Shown here: positions 12,601 to 26,102 of the stretch, piece by piece | Layout of the letters: every line of letters begins with the position of its first letter | How positions within the stretch are numbered: the first letter of the stretch is position 1 | NCBI GenBank assembly: GCA_030704615.1 | Contig: CM060732.1 | Span: 21,886,001 to 21,950,000 of the forward strand | Direction: 5' to 3' | DNA: 64,000 bases | Source of the DNA: Takakia lepidozioides | Taxonomy: Eukaryota; Plantae; Bryophyta | Translations under genes and position numbers: made by a program | The notes under the pieces: generated by a model | What the model was told of the DNA's origin: nothing | What the model saw: only the letters and a program-made list of their open reading frames with translations | Databases searched by the model: none

Positions 12601-15186
12601 GTATCTGCTGTGGTGTAGTGTCAACAACACCAATTGAAGAGGAAACCAGCAGTTACCCATCACATTTCTATGAAGAAAAGAAGGAGAAATGGAAATCCTA
12701 GGGGAACCAGCCACTGTGAGTTTACAGGATGAAGTGGTGACTGGTTGGACAATCACAGCTGATGAGCAGTGAGGGAAGTGAATGTGGGAACTAAAGAGGA
12801 ACCGAGGATGGTGAAGGTAGGAGCTGATTTGGAGCCAGAATTCTTTGAAGAAGCTAAGAGTTTGTTCATCAAATACAGAGATGTATTTGCTTGGAGCTAT
12901 GAGGATTTAAAAGGGATACCACCTGAAATCTGTCAGCATAAGATTGAACTGGAACCGGGTCAGTACCAATCAAGCAGGCAAGGTACAGAATGAATCCCAA
13001 CTACGCACAGAAGGTTGGAGAAGAGATCAAGAAGTTGGCTGAGGCTAAGTTTATATACCCAATAGAGTATACAACTTGGTTGTCACCCATTGTGATAGTT
13101 CCCAAGAAGAATGGTAAACTAAGAGTTTGTGTGAACTACAAGAAGCTGAATGCTTGTACGAAGAAAGATCCTTTCCCTTTGCCATTCACAGAAGCAGTAT
13201 TAGACACTGTGGCAGGCCATGAGATGTACTCATTCATGGATGGCTTCAGTGGTTATAATCAAGTGCAAGTGGCAGAAGAAGACCAGGGAAAAACAGCTTT
13301 CATCACAGACTGGGGTGCTTATGCATACAAAGTCATGCCCTTTGGACTTTGTAATGCACCAGCAACCTTTCAGAGTGATAAGTGAATCTTTTCATGAGTA
13401 TCTGGATGATTTCATGCAGGTATTCTGGATGATTTCAGTGTGTACAGCTCTAATGTTGAATATGCTTGGAGAAAGGAGCAGTGTTAGGGAATAGATTCAA
13501 TCTGTGTACTATGCTAGATTTGATGAACAATGCCGAAAGAAATTATAGCACAACGGAAAGAGAAGCATTGGCAATGATCTATGCAGTGAAGAAATTCAGG
13601 CATTACCTGTTGGGCAAGAAGTTTATGTTCTATGTGGATCACCAGGCTCTGATATATCTGGTAACAAACCTTGATAAGTGGAAGGATAGCAAGGTGGTTA
13701 ATAATCTTGCACGAGTTTGAGTTCGAGTTGTTTACAAGCCTGGCCGTTTGCATCTTGTGGCAGATCATTTGTCACGCCTAATCAACAGGAGAGCCCGCCA
13801 CAGAGTAGACGACAATTACCTGATGCGAGTTTATTGCGGTGGAGGTGCAGGGAAGTGCAGATGACTGGTTAGATTGGCAGTGGCCAATCAGATACTACCT
13901 TACTCATGGTCAGTGCCCACCTAGTTATGGAAGGAGCAGAGGAAGAGAATCGCTATCAAGGCTTTACCTTATACTATGGTAGGGCAGAATGTATAAGCTA
14001 GGACCTGATGGAGTACTTAAACGATGCTTGTACCACCATGAAGTAAATAAAGTTTTGGAGGAAGTTCATAAAAGGAGTGGCTGGAGGTAGAAAGATACTA
14101 CTTGCAAGTTACTGGTGGCCTACTTTGTTCAAAGATGTACACAAGTATTGTCAGAGTTGTGATGAATGTCAGAGGCTAGGACCTTTGCAGAGATCTGGGA
14201 AATGGCTTTGCATCCTACAATGCCTACGGAACCATTTCAGAAATGGGGACTAGACTTTGTTGGACCAATTAACCCACCAGCCAAGAATACACAGAACAGG
14301 TACATAATTACAGCCACTGATTATACTACGAAGTGGGTGGAAGCTAAAGCTTTGAGGGACAACACAGCCAAGTCCACAGCAAGGTTTCTGTATGAGAACA
14401 TACTTACACGATTTGGCTGTCCCTTGGAATTTATCAGTGATCAGGAAAGTCACTTCATTAATGAGACCATTGAATTATTGACTAAAGAGTTCATGATTGT
14501 GCATAGGAAGAGTACAACATATTACCCACAGGGTAATGGGCAGGCAGAGGCTACCAACAAAATACTATGTACTATCTTGGCTAAGATAGTCAATGCAAAC
14601 AGAACGGATTGGGATACAAAGCTGCTGACAGCTTTGTGGTCATACAGGACTTCATATAAAGTCACCACTAAGTATACACCATTCCAATTAGTTTATGGTA
14701 TGGAAGCCTTACTTCCAGTGGAATTCTTGTTACCTACCATGAGAACGGAATGGGGAAAGAGAATGGAATTGCAAGATTCCATTAAGGTCAGGAAACATGA
14801 ATTATACCATGTGGAAGAAGTACGTGCTGATGCAGCTGATAATATGACCAGAATTCAGATGAAGAGAAGGAACAGTTTGATGAAGGCAAGTTAAAGACTT
14901 TTAAGACGGGAGATTTGGTTCTATGGTTGCAGAAGAAGGAAAGATTAAAGCTTCTAAGCTTAAATCACCATGGAAAGGACCTTATGTCATACAAAAGATG
15001 TATGATAACAACACCGCCATGTTACAAACCATTAACAAAGAGATGCTGGGAAGAGTCAATGCTAATAAGTTGAAGGGTACAGTGGTATCCATGACAAACC
15101 ATTGCAGCATGATTTGCATGTTAAACGCAAAAGCAGTCACGGGCTGCGCCAGTGTTACCAACGGAGTATGGAGCACTTGTCGCTAG
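9601..15186 (+). pseudogene. gag-pol of copy B (defective)
   Basis: Collinear with copy A. It has a ~425-bp garbled deletion of RT end/RH start at ~13450-13515 and a 24-bp deletion near 14088 removing the second His of the integrase HHCC. Confidence 0.93.
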
Positions 15187-15872
15187 GCCGAGCATATATG
15201 ACCAGGGCGGGCAGAACAAGCGTGACACAACCTATCACAGCCCAGCAAGGCGCGACACAGCCTATCACTGCCTACCACGGCGCGGTCACAAGCATATCAC
15301 AGCTTACCACAGTGCATCACAGCCTATCACGGCATACACAGTATGACAAGCCTGTCACAGCTTAACACAGCCTACTAGGGTTACACAATCCATAGAATCA
15401 GTGACAGGTGGACGCAGGATAACTTCAGTGAAATGGCCGGCGAAAGAAAGAAAGGACGGAAGCCAGTTTAGAATAGAAAGGGACACGTGGAAGTCAGGGC
15501 GCCAACACACAGCTGAGAAGAAAGTGCAAGAACGGATGTCTCAAGAAAGAGGACAAGAATGGCCGTCAAAATACCTAATCAGCGCGTCAAATTGGATGAA
15601 TGGCGGGCCCATTAATGATACAGAAAAAGGGCAACAGAACAAACGGCAAGTACAAAAAAGCGAAATCTTGTCATGTGTATCCTAGTGGACAGTCCAGCAG
15701 GGAAAGTCCACTAAAGAAAATTAAATCTAAAATCAAATCACAGCGGTTACAGCCAATAGAAAGCCAGAGAAGGGATCAAGAAAATGGAGGGAATTAAGCG
15801 CAAGAGTCGGCATCGTTCTGAGTAACGGGCGTCTCGACGGGGACAAACCATCAATGCTATAGCTTTGAAGCT

Positions 15873-18800
15873 ATGGAGGAACTAACAGACTATACGCTCG
15901 CAATATTACTTACGCAGTGGCATAGGACGAAAGAACAGAGCGGATCTTTTCTCTTGAGCGATGCTTGCAAGCCCCGCAGGCTTACAAGAAATTACCCATA
16001 GCTTTTTGTGGCAACCATACGTTTATGCTTTGTGCACTACAGGCATTTCTTCAATTGTTACAGCAAAACATTTCTGTGGGTCTAGAATGAAGAGAGTGAG
16101 AGGAATGGAGGAAATCAGGGTGAAGAGCACCACAATCCTGCCAGAAAACAAACGATTGCTACTCCACAGGCGATACAGATACTGAAGGAGCTGAGATTGA
16201 AGGATTGCAAAGCAAAGATTGGACATTGCACCATAGACAGTACATGTTACAATTCTTGCCAGAACTTTGAGCCAAGGACAGGAGCAACAACGTGTGAAGG
16301 GAGTTGAATTAGTAATTACTCCCCTATACCTACAGCAATTGTTTCGATTGCCAGCAGGTCAGGTGCATGTGGAGGAGCACAGGGCAAGACTGCAAATAGG
16401 GGACTTATTCCAAGAAGGGAGTTTCTTTAAAACTCAGGGTTATGCTTGTACCAAGGCCGTGTACCCAGGGCTAAAGGAGGTAGGCCAGGTATTGAACGTT
16501 CTGTTTGCCATGAAACAGAACCAACAGTATTTGAGCAGATCCTTCACAGAGGAAATACTCCAAGCCCTGAGAGGAGAAGAGGTAGAATGGGCGGACATAA
16601 TGTACAACGCACTGGTAGAGGAGATGAAAAGATTACAGGGTACTGCCGCAAAGTCTCCTATCATAGTGTCTGGCCCAATCATTGCTCAAATAATTCTTGA
16701 TTCTGGCATACTTGATGCGCGAGAAAGAAAGGAGATGGGAGTGTTTGAGCCAGAAACCACTGCAATGGAAGAGCAAGGCTCTTCACACAGTGAGGGTGGA
16801 TGGCAGGGCAACCAGAGGAATAAGAGACAAGGCGGGGAAAGACTGTAGTGGCGGATCCACTGGCTTCACGGAATCCGCATGATAATGTTTCCCAAGTTTT
16901 TGTGCAGGAAGGGGCACAACAGCACAGAGAACTGCTATTACTGGAAGCAGGACCTTCAGAGAGGGAAGAGGAAGTTACTTCAGTATCACAGCCATCACAA
17001 CCAGAGGATCGGCTTGTCACAAGGTTACCACAAGTTGTCCATGCAGTTCAACCAGAAATAATTTGATTTAGAAAAAGAAGGGTTAGATATTCCCACTACA
17101 GAACAGGTGGTGGCAGAAATTGAGAAGGGGGACCTTCTCTATGAATATTCTGGTATGGTCAAGGACACAGTGATTCCGGAGGTGCAACAATTGTCCAGGG
17201 GAAATCCTCGGTGCATATAATACACACACCTGTGACGGAGGTACCACAGGTAGAATGTCAAGACACTGCAGCACCGGTGACGGATGAAGTGGTTCAGGAA
17301 GAAAATCTGGTGGGGCAATGGCCTGAATGGTTCATAAGGCATCACACTGTTGAGGATCAGGGAGAACAGCAGCAAGCTCACCAAGATGACCCTCAACACG
17401 CTATGCTTATGAGTTCCATAAGCAGGACACTGAATTTGTTGGGTACTTATGTCAAATCCCATGTTCCCACTACTCAATTGGCAGCTTGAGGGAGGAACTC
17501 AGGAAAGAGTTTGAGGCTCGACTTGCCACAGAGTGTGCAAACAAGGTCGATGAAGAGGTCACTCTCAAAATGCAGCAAGACTTGGAGAGTACAGAAGCGG
17601 CTTTGCAATTGGCCAAGGAACAATGAGGCAGGCCTCGCACCAAACCACTTGCACGAAGCACATAAGCAACAGCTATACCAAATGCAGCTGAAGCATGAAA
17701 GCAAATTGCAAGAAGTGAATGCACTACATATGGAGTTGCAGACAGTGCATGACAGGATGGCCATACAATGTGCTACACTCACAACTATGCTTGACCAATC
17801 TACAAAAGAAATAAACAGTCAAGCGGAAAAATGTACGAAGGCAGAGGAAGAGAATGTTGAGCAAATGAAACTCATTGTCGATATGAAGAATACAATCTGT
17901 CGCAATGAGGATACTTTCAACAATACAGGGCAGGTTGAAGCTGACCAAGAGAGGCACATCCTGGAGTTGCAACAAACGGTCATGGCCAATAGAAATGAAA
18001 TCTCGGTCGCTAACAGAGCTTGGAAGGAAGCCAATAATTTGCTTGTTGCCTATGCGAATTTGGTTGAACCTCATGCGAAGCGCATGGAGGCTTTACAACA
18101 ACAGTTAGATGTGTACAAACTCAGAGAGGAGCACACTCTCAGAGGAACCACAAGCAACTTGGTGGATAACCACCTTATGCAGGTCTGGTTAGCACAAGGG
18201 CCAGTGGAGGGCAAAGCACCACGAAAGCTCACCCAAAGCGAGATGAATGAGCTCAGACTGCAAGTGCAGAACATTGCCACAACTACTATAGACAATGTCT
18301 ATAGTAGGATAGCGGAGTTACAGGAGGATGTAGATGGCCTGCAGACTCAAGTGGAGGACCTCACTTCAAATATCGACAAAAGAGTCTATATACCTGAGGA
18401 ACAGCTAATGGCTTCTTATTTACAAGCCAGAACTTTGGCTTTTCAGTCTTCTTCACAGGAGATGCAGGAGATGCCAATGATACAAGAGCCAGTGCCACCA
18501 ACACCACAACAAGTCACTGTGCCAGTAGCTGACCCTGTTGTTACTACAGCCACACCACAGCCACCACAGCCTGAGGTATGGGGCAATGCTGCTTTTATAA
18601 CCCACCTAAAACTCCAGCTGCAAGGGAGTACAGTAGGGCTATGATTATGCCCTTCAACCAAATTCCCATTGTGTTGGATTTGGTTTGGAAAGAATTTAGT
18701 CCTCCGCAGTCATTGGCAAATTACTATCAAATCATGCGCATATGGCTGCCAGTGGCAACTAGAACTAAAGTTCTTCCGAACAATCGACCAATTGAGGATC

Positions 18801-19640
18801 ATCACTTTGCACAGTACTGGCATGAGGCAGGTACCATGTTGAAGGAATTAATTGCCTTCCAAATTGTACATGGATTCATTTATACCAAGACCAAGGAGGG
18901 GTAGCAAGTATTGTCATGGGATGCGGGTTATACTACGCTGCTTGTTTTCTGATACGTTATCACATTGAGCAGCACAAGATGCAATCGCGCTTTCTGAGTT
19001 ATTCCAGTGGGGACATTGGGTCTTACCTTCAGTACCACCTCATATGTACCTATATGAGGCAAAAGTTATGATACAAAAGGATTCTCAAATTCGTTCATGG
19101 TTTCATGCGGCCTGGAACAATTTGTCAACACAGAAATTCGGCATTGATGATATTTTCTATAAGGGACATGTGGCATGGAAATACTTGCACAATTCACAAG
19201 TCATTGGTACCCCACTCACCTGGACAGACAAGGAGCTCAGGGTCTTCACCAATTTTGCGATTCAGCGTTTACAGCAAGTTTTAAAATTTAAACTTCCAGA
19301 CATGGTAGGACAACATTGTATGCCCCAGAGGATTCCACAAAAAGTTCGACAGTTAAAACACCTGAGAGGCGATGAGGATTCTGATACAACTGTTTTTCAG
19401 CGGATTCTTTTGACATGGGAGAAGACTATGCAATTCAGATGGCAGAGAAGAAGCGACGGGGGTCTCCTATGCCTGAAAGATTACCTCGATATCAGCCTCC
19501 AGAGGGCCTCACATATCCAGGTAGTGTTCAATCATCTCCGTCAACCAGTGACAGACCTCGGGCTCGTACACACAGTCCGCCACGAAACTCTCAAGTCAGA
19601 AAGTGCTCGCTCACAAAGGTTTGCTAATCCCAATCAGTAA
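15873..19640 (+). pseudogene. Downstream extra ORF (~1250 aa): env-like N-domain, acidic linker, coiled coil, C-terminal globular domain
   Basis: Chain of sense ORFs (16267, 16848, 17211, 17511, 18578, 19044) ending at TAA 19638-19640, just before the PPT. Differences from the copy A homologue are mostly synonymous or conservative. Confidence 0.75.
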
Positions 19641-19641
19641 A

Positions 19642-19677
19642 CCGTGAGGACACGGCTTTTTGAGAGGGAAGGGGTAA
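19642..19677 (+). promoter_or_regulatory. Pre-PPT hairpin and polypurine tract of copy B
   Basis: CCGTG-AGGA-CACGG stem-loop, then GAGAGGGAAGGGG directly before the 3' LTR. Confidence 0.85.
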
Positions 19678-20618
19678 TGTTTAGAGGACTGTCTGGGACT
19701 TAGACACTTATACGGGATCTGTGGGGGTACCCTTAATTTTTGCACAGACTGAGACCAACAGGAGCCTTAGGGGTGACAGCAGCGCACTTTAGAAGGGGGT
19801 AACACAGTCGTCACAGTCCGACACAGCCCGACACAGCCACACAGCCAGTCACAGCCCAACACAGCCGGTCACAGCCCGTCACAGTTCACACAGCCAGTCA
19901 CAGCTTGACACAGCTTGTCACGACCAGGAGGGAACGGTAGTAGGACAGGGAACGACTGTGGGAACAACACCTGCGAATGGAACATATTAGTTCACGGATG
20001 ACGGTTAGTGAGGGAACGGTTAGAACAACGGGTAGGAAGATAAAGCCAGGAGCAAGGACTGAAAAGGATCAATTCTGGGATCACTTCTGGGGAATCACTG
20101 CTGGAAGGAGTGGGAGGAGCACGTCTTGGGGAAGACTTCGGACATCACTGGGGGAAATGAGGAGAGAGCGTATCTCTCAGCAGATAGAGGGAGAGCACGG
20201 AGTAGGAGGAGGAGCTGTTGATGCTTAATGAATGCAGGCAGTAGAATTGTAATGTAGAGCAGATTAGAGACTCCATGGCTTCAGCCTGATACTTGATAGA
20301 TATTAATCTGATACACACTTATACTCACACTGTGTAGAGAGATCTGAGTGAAGCTGTGGAATGAATGGATGAGTTGATGGAATCCGATAGATTGATGAAG
20401 CAAACTGATACTTAATTACCAAAAGTAAGGTAACTAGCTAACATGAATGCGGGAGGAAAACAAATAGGAAACACCCCCATGATACACTAGCTGTAGGTCA
20501 TGACTGATTGTTGACTGATGTTCTGAGGCGGGCTGAGTACTTAGAGATTTCCAACTCTTCTATCTTGGAGTTTCCGCCTCGGATAGCGAAGGGATGGGTG
20601 AGTAAAAGCCGCGCGACA
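19678..20618 (+). repeat. 3' LTR of copy B
   Basis: Matches 8077-8994 with few substitutions; followed by the TSD. Confidence 0.95.
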
Positions 20619-20623
20619 CAGGG

Positions 20624-23511
20624 CAACACCAGTCTAAGAGACAAAAGCGGGGTATGACTGTAGTGGTGGATGCACTGGCTTCACGGAAACCGCCGATGAT
20701 GTTCCAGCTCTTGTGCAGGATGGGGCATAGCAACACAGAGGGCTGTTATTATTGGAAGCACGGCCTTCGGAAAGGGAAGAGGAAGTCAATTCGGTACCAC
20801 AGCCACCACAGCCAGTTGACTCAGTTGTCTTAGAGGTTCCACTGTTAGAACATGCTATGACACCATCCCCAATTGCTCTGGCAGAGAAAGGTTGGCATTC
20901 CACTACAGGAGCAGGTCGTGGCCGAAATTGAGAAGTGTGACCTTCTCTATGAAAACTCTGGCTTGGTAAGAGAATCAGTGGTTCCAGAGGTGCAGCGGTT
21001 GTCTAGGGAAAACCCTGCTGTGCATGTAATACCCACACCTGTGATGGAGGTACCAAGGGTTAGATAAAGACATTGCAGCACCTGTGGAGGATGAGGTGGT
21101 TCAGGAAGAGAATCTGGTGGGGCAATGGCCGAATGGTTGGTGAGGCATCACAAGTGGAGGATCAGGGAGAACAGCAGCAAGTTCACCATGATGACCCCCA
21201 ACAGCCATGCTTATGAGTTCCATAAGTATGACACTTAATTTGTTGGGCACTTATGTGAAATCAGTTGTTCCATCTACCCAATTGACAGCTTTGAGGGAAG
21301 AACTCAGGAAAGAGTTTGAGGCTCGAATTGCCACTGAGTGTGCTAACAAGGTAGATGAGGAGGTCAATATCAAGTTACAGCAAGAGTTGGAGGACACAAA
21401 AGTTGCCTTGCAGTTGGCCAAGAGACATTTGATTGAAGCAGGCCTCGAGCAGGACCAGTTGCATGAATCACATAAGCAACAGTTATACCAATTGCAGGTG
21501 AAGCATGAAGGCAAGTTGCAAGAAGTGAACGTACTACATACAGAGTTGGAGGCAATACATGAAAAGATGACCATACAATGTGTACACTCACAACTACTCT
21601 TGAGCAACTGATTAGAAGTTTAACGACAAGGGGAGGAGATGTATGAGGGGCAGAAGCTGAAGAATAATAGAGCAAGCAGAAACTCATTGTTGATATGAAG
21701 AATACAATCTGTCGCAATGAGAGAATACTTTCAAACAATACAGAACAGGTTTGAGGCTGACCAGGAGAGGTACATCCTGGAGTTTGCAACAAAAACAGTC
21801 ATGGTCAATAGGGAAATGAACTCTCTGTGGCTAACCAAGGCTTGGAAGGAAGCCAATAATCTGGCTGCTGGCCTCTGCGGGCCTGGTTTGAACCTCATGC
21901 GAAAAGCGCACATGGAGGCTTTCAGCAGTAGTTAGATGGGTAACAGACTCACAGAAGGAGCAACACTCTCAGGGGTGCCACACAGGCTTGGTGGGATAAC
22001 CACCTTATGCAGGTCTGGTTAGCAAACAAGGGCCCGGGTTAGTTTACCGGTTTAGGGAAGTAGACGGCAAAGCACCACAGAAGCTCACCAGGGCGAGATG
22101 AATGAGCTCAGATTGCAGGTGCATAACATTGCCACAAACTACTTATAGACAATGTCTATAGTAGATAGCGGAGCTACAGGGAGGACGTGGACGGCCTGTA
22201 GACTCAAGTGGATGACCTGAGTTTCAAATATTGACAAGAGAGTCTTTGTTCCTGAGGAGCAGCTGATGGCTAACTTATTTACATGAGGACTCTAATTTTT
22301 CAGTCTATTAGCAGGGGGGTGCAGGATGTTGTTCAGGTGTAACCAATACCACAGCAGGTGGTGTGTAGGTAGCTTGACCCTATTGTTACTACAGCCACAC
22401 CACAACGTGGAGTATGGGGGGATGCTGCTTTTAACCCACCTTAGGACTCCTGATTGCACGGGGAGTACACTCGGGCTATGATTATGCCCTTCAACCAAAT
22501 TCCCATTGTGCTGGATTTGGCTTGGAAGGATTAGTCATCCGCAGTCGGTTGGCAACATTACTACCAGATTCATGGCATTTGGTTGCCAGTGGCAACTCGG
22601 ACTAAGGTTCTTCGAAAACAATCGACCCTTTGAGGATCATCACTTTGCAAGATTACTGGTCTGAGCAGGTACTGCTGAAGGAATTAATTGCCTTCCAGTG
22701 TTGTACATGGGTACATTCTATACCAAGACCAAGGAGGTATCTAGTATTGTCATGGGCTGTGGATTATACTATGCTGCTTGTTTTCTGGCACGTTATCACA
22801 TTGAGCAGTAGAAGATGCAATTATGATTTCTGAGTTATTCCAGTGGGGATCATTGGGTCTTACCTTTCAGTGCCACCTCATAATGTTACCTATATGATGA
22901 TGCAAAAAAGTTATGATGCAGAAGGATTCCCAACTCGTTCATGGTTTCATTCGGCTTGGAAAACAATTTGACAAACACAGGAAATTCGGCCCTGAGGATA
23001 TTTTCTTTTTAAGGGACATGAAAGCTGGAAAATATGACAACTGTTTCCAAAGTCATTGGCACACCTCTCACCTATACGGATAAGGAGTTCAGGGACATTC
23101 ACTAATTTTGCTTGCAAGCGCGCTTACAGCAAGTTGTACAGTTTAAACTTCCAGATGTTGGTGGGACCACATGTGTAGCCACCACAGGATTCCACTTTAA
23201 CAGTTCGGGCCGTTTTAAAACACTAGGAGGGGATGAGATCTGATACTAATGTTTCTTCAGCGGACTCTTTTGACATGGCAGAGGACTATGCACTTCAGGA
23301 TGGCAGAGAAAAGAAACGACCGGATCTCCTATGCCTGAGAGGTTACCTCGTTATCAGCCAAAGGAGGGTCAGACATTTCGAGGTAGTGCTCAATCCATCT
23401 TCATCAAGCCAGTGACAAGACTCAGGGCTCGCACACGGAGTCCTTCACGAGAACTTCTCACCGTAGAAGGGTGCTTGCGCACAAAGGTTTGCTGATTTAC
23501 CAAAACAGTAA
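20624..23511 (+). pseudogene. 3' part of downstream extra ORF of copy A (indel-rich)
   Basis: Collinear with 16809-19640 of copy B (e.g. MLMSSIS.TLNLLGTYVKS, coiled coil, ATGATTATGCCCTTCAACCAAATTCCC). Confidence 0.85.
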
Positions 23512-23560
23512 ACCGTGAGGAACACGCCTTTGAGAGGGGGGGAGGGGTAAGGAGGGGTAA

Positions 23561-24559
23561 TGTTAGAGGGCTGCTTGAGGGACTTAGACGCTTTTACGGG
23601 TTCTATGGGGTACCCTTTAAATTTTTGTGCAGACTGAGACAAACAGGGGAGTCTTGGGGGTGGTAGCCGCAGGCTTTAGGGGGGTTGGGTAACACAGCAT
23701 TGACCACGCTTCACACAAGGCCCCAAACACAGCCTCCACACAACTGACACAAGCTTCACACAACCAGTTCAAGCCCGAACACGCTTCACACAGCCCACCC
23801 ACAAGCTTTGCACAGCCAGAGAGGTCACAGCCCGACACAGCTTCACCACGCCAGGAGTCACAGGCCCGACACAAGCTTTTACACAGCCAGTCAAGCTCGG
23901 CACCAACTTGACACAGCCTGTCACAGTGACATGGGGAAACAGTTATTTCTGACAGGGAACGGACTATGAGGGAACGACATCTGCAGAGGGAACGAGTTAC
24001 TTCAGGGTATGGTTTAGTTAGTTAGGTGGTTAGAAACAGCTGGGCGGGGTAGATTAGGAGAGCGGCCAACGGGGAGGGGATCACTTCTGGAGGAGGGGGC
24101 GACTTGTGGAAGGGAGGAAGAACGTAACGGAGAGCGGAAAACAGTGAAGAGCAGATGATGACTTGAATGAAGCTTAGTTCATGCAAGCTGTAGAATTATA
24201 CAGTAGGATAGAATAGAGACACCATGGCATAGGCATGATACATGATTAATCTTAATCCGATATTGAATCGATACAAACATACTGTGTAGAGAGACACAAG
24301 AGAAGCTGTGGAATGAATGCATGATTAACTGGAACTTAGTAGATACTGAAGCAATCTGATGCTTCAGTATACACAGTCAGGTAAATTGATAACATGAAGG
24401 CAGGAAGGAATACAAATAGGAAGCACAACCATGATTCACTAGCTGCAGATCATGACTGATTGTTCTGAGCGGGCTAGGTGCTTAGAGATATCCAACTCTT
24501 CTATCTTGGAGTTTCCACCTCGGATAGCGAAGGGATGGGTGAGTAAAAGCCGCTCGACA
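23561..24559 (+). repeat. 3' LTR of copy A
   Basis: TGTTAGAGG...GCTCGACA after a PPT with a duplicated GGAGGGGTAA. Homologous to the B LTRs but diverged except for the last ~110 bp. Confidence 0.92.
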
Positions 24560-26102
24560 CCGTGGCCCAGCCACGACGTACGGGGAGCGGGGCCCCAGCG
24601 CTGACCTTAAGTCGTATTGAGATCAAGTATATCAGCCGTGTGGCTCAGGCGTGCGGCCCTGAAGCGTGCGAGCAGAGGGCGGGTCTTTACCCGCAGGATA
24701 ACCAAAAGTTGAGACGGACCGGCGGACATCGGTGTTAACCGCAACGGTCCACGGCTTGGACCACTACCTGCAAATCTGCGCCTCGCCACGTGGCAGGGGC
24801 ATTTTACCCAGCGGACAATGCATCTGCAAATTCCCTTAAAGGGGGGTATTCTTACGTTTAGCTATTAGATTCAATTTATACCCCTCTAAGGGTTAGTAGC
24901 CATTATCTAAGGCGCCAGTGGTAGATAAAATCTAGGATTTTGGGAGGACATAGCCTTGGAGGGGAGCGTTCTTATGACTCCAAGAGAGAGCCAAGCGGGC
25001 CTGTGAGCAGTGAGCTAGAGGCGGAGACCTCGAGAGACAAGGGAGGAGAGAAAATACTCTGTCCTAAAAACTCGGCTACAGTGCGCCTTTGTGTCAGAGC
25101 CCAAGGTAGAGGATGACTTTTTCCACGGAGGGAAAGCGCATCAGCGCCTTCAAATAATGTAAAAGGGTGAAATCTGGCTTGGACCCACCAGTGGTTATTT
25201 TATTATTTACGCATGCATGTTCTGGACTAACGAATGTAGTGGCAGGGATGAGCTCTCAGCGAGATTCATTCATCCGATAGGGCCGTGGCAGTTCCCCGTG
25301 GCAGGGAATGGTTCCCGGATGTTCCTTGGTTCTCATCGGGTTCCCACAGTTCCCAATGACATCTTTAGGCGCCAAGGGTACCTTTGGATTCCCCACATGA
25401 TTTCCCATAAGAGAGGTATTTTTCCTGATTTTCTTTAAAAAAATAAAAATTCAGCATTTCTGATTTGTGAAATTGCTTAAAGAGGATAGATGCACGTGGT
25501 GCACGTTATAGCCTGAAGGGCGTTGATTAAACTGATTGAACTTATTGAGTTGAGGGGCTTAGAACCACCTTATTGAACTTGGTGAACCTATTGGATTATG
25601 ATAGGTATTTTGGCCACTCATTTGCTAAGACAAAGTATTTTAGGCACTAGGGTAAGAAGCATTGGCCCTTCCATCAGAGATGACTTGAACTTAAGCACTC
25701 GGTGAAGGAGGGGCATTGGGAGAGGAAGATTTTCCCTCTTCTTCCTAGGCTCGGCAGGTGCCTTGTGAAGAGATTAAAACATGTCCCGGCTATAGGTGGC
25801 TCGGGGGTCTAGGCGGTAGGAATTAGACAATAAAACACAAAGACTTGGAAGGCAGTTACTAAGTAGATTGTATGATACCGTAGGACTTAGAAACGCAAAC
25901 TCGCCCTATGAAGAGGAGTACGTGATTTCTCTTTGCCGGTAGGACTTAGATAGTGATCATAGCCACCATGTACGACCACGGACCCCCTGCACTAACCGCA
26001 GTCGGGTAGGCGGTTCAGTGAGCCCAACCTACACCGCAACTTATCACGACCCCCCTAGACTAATATGTCGTCACCCTGACCGCGAGCGCTCAGGGCTCGT
26101 CA
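24560..26102. mobile_element. Unclassified non-coding repeat, possibly an LTR remnant into which copy A inserted
   Basis: GC-richer non-coding segment with local repeats (GTAGGACTTAGA x2); ends at GGGCTCGTCA, where a B3 fragment breaks off. Confidence 0.3.

Larger units (their letters stand above)
8077..20618 (+). mobile_element. Full-length Ty3/gypsy LTR retrotransposon copy B, nested in copy A
   Basis: Two near-identical TG..CA LTRs, PBS, PPT, and 5-bp TSD CAGGG at 8072-8076 and 20619-20623. The flanks rejoin to match copy B's own 16795-16860. Confidence 0.96.
1..24559 (+). mobile_element. Ty3/gypsy LTR retrotransposon copy A (Athila-like non-chromovirus); 5' end outside window; interrupted by copy B
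   Basis: Domain order gag-PR-RT-RH-IN at 317-6300, extra ORF split at 8076/20624, PPT ~23532-23558, 3' LTR 23561-24559 (TGTTAG...CGACA). No chromodomain and no second RNase H seen. GPY/F-type IN end (KSPWKGPY...VNANKLKGY). Confidence 0.93.

Noticed and set aside
438-21792. Numerous minus-strand ORFs in the gypsy elements
   Set aside because: Antisense shadows of purine-rich coding sequence, with no recognisable motifs.
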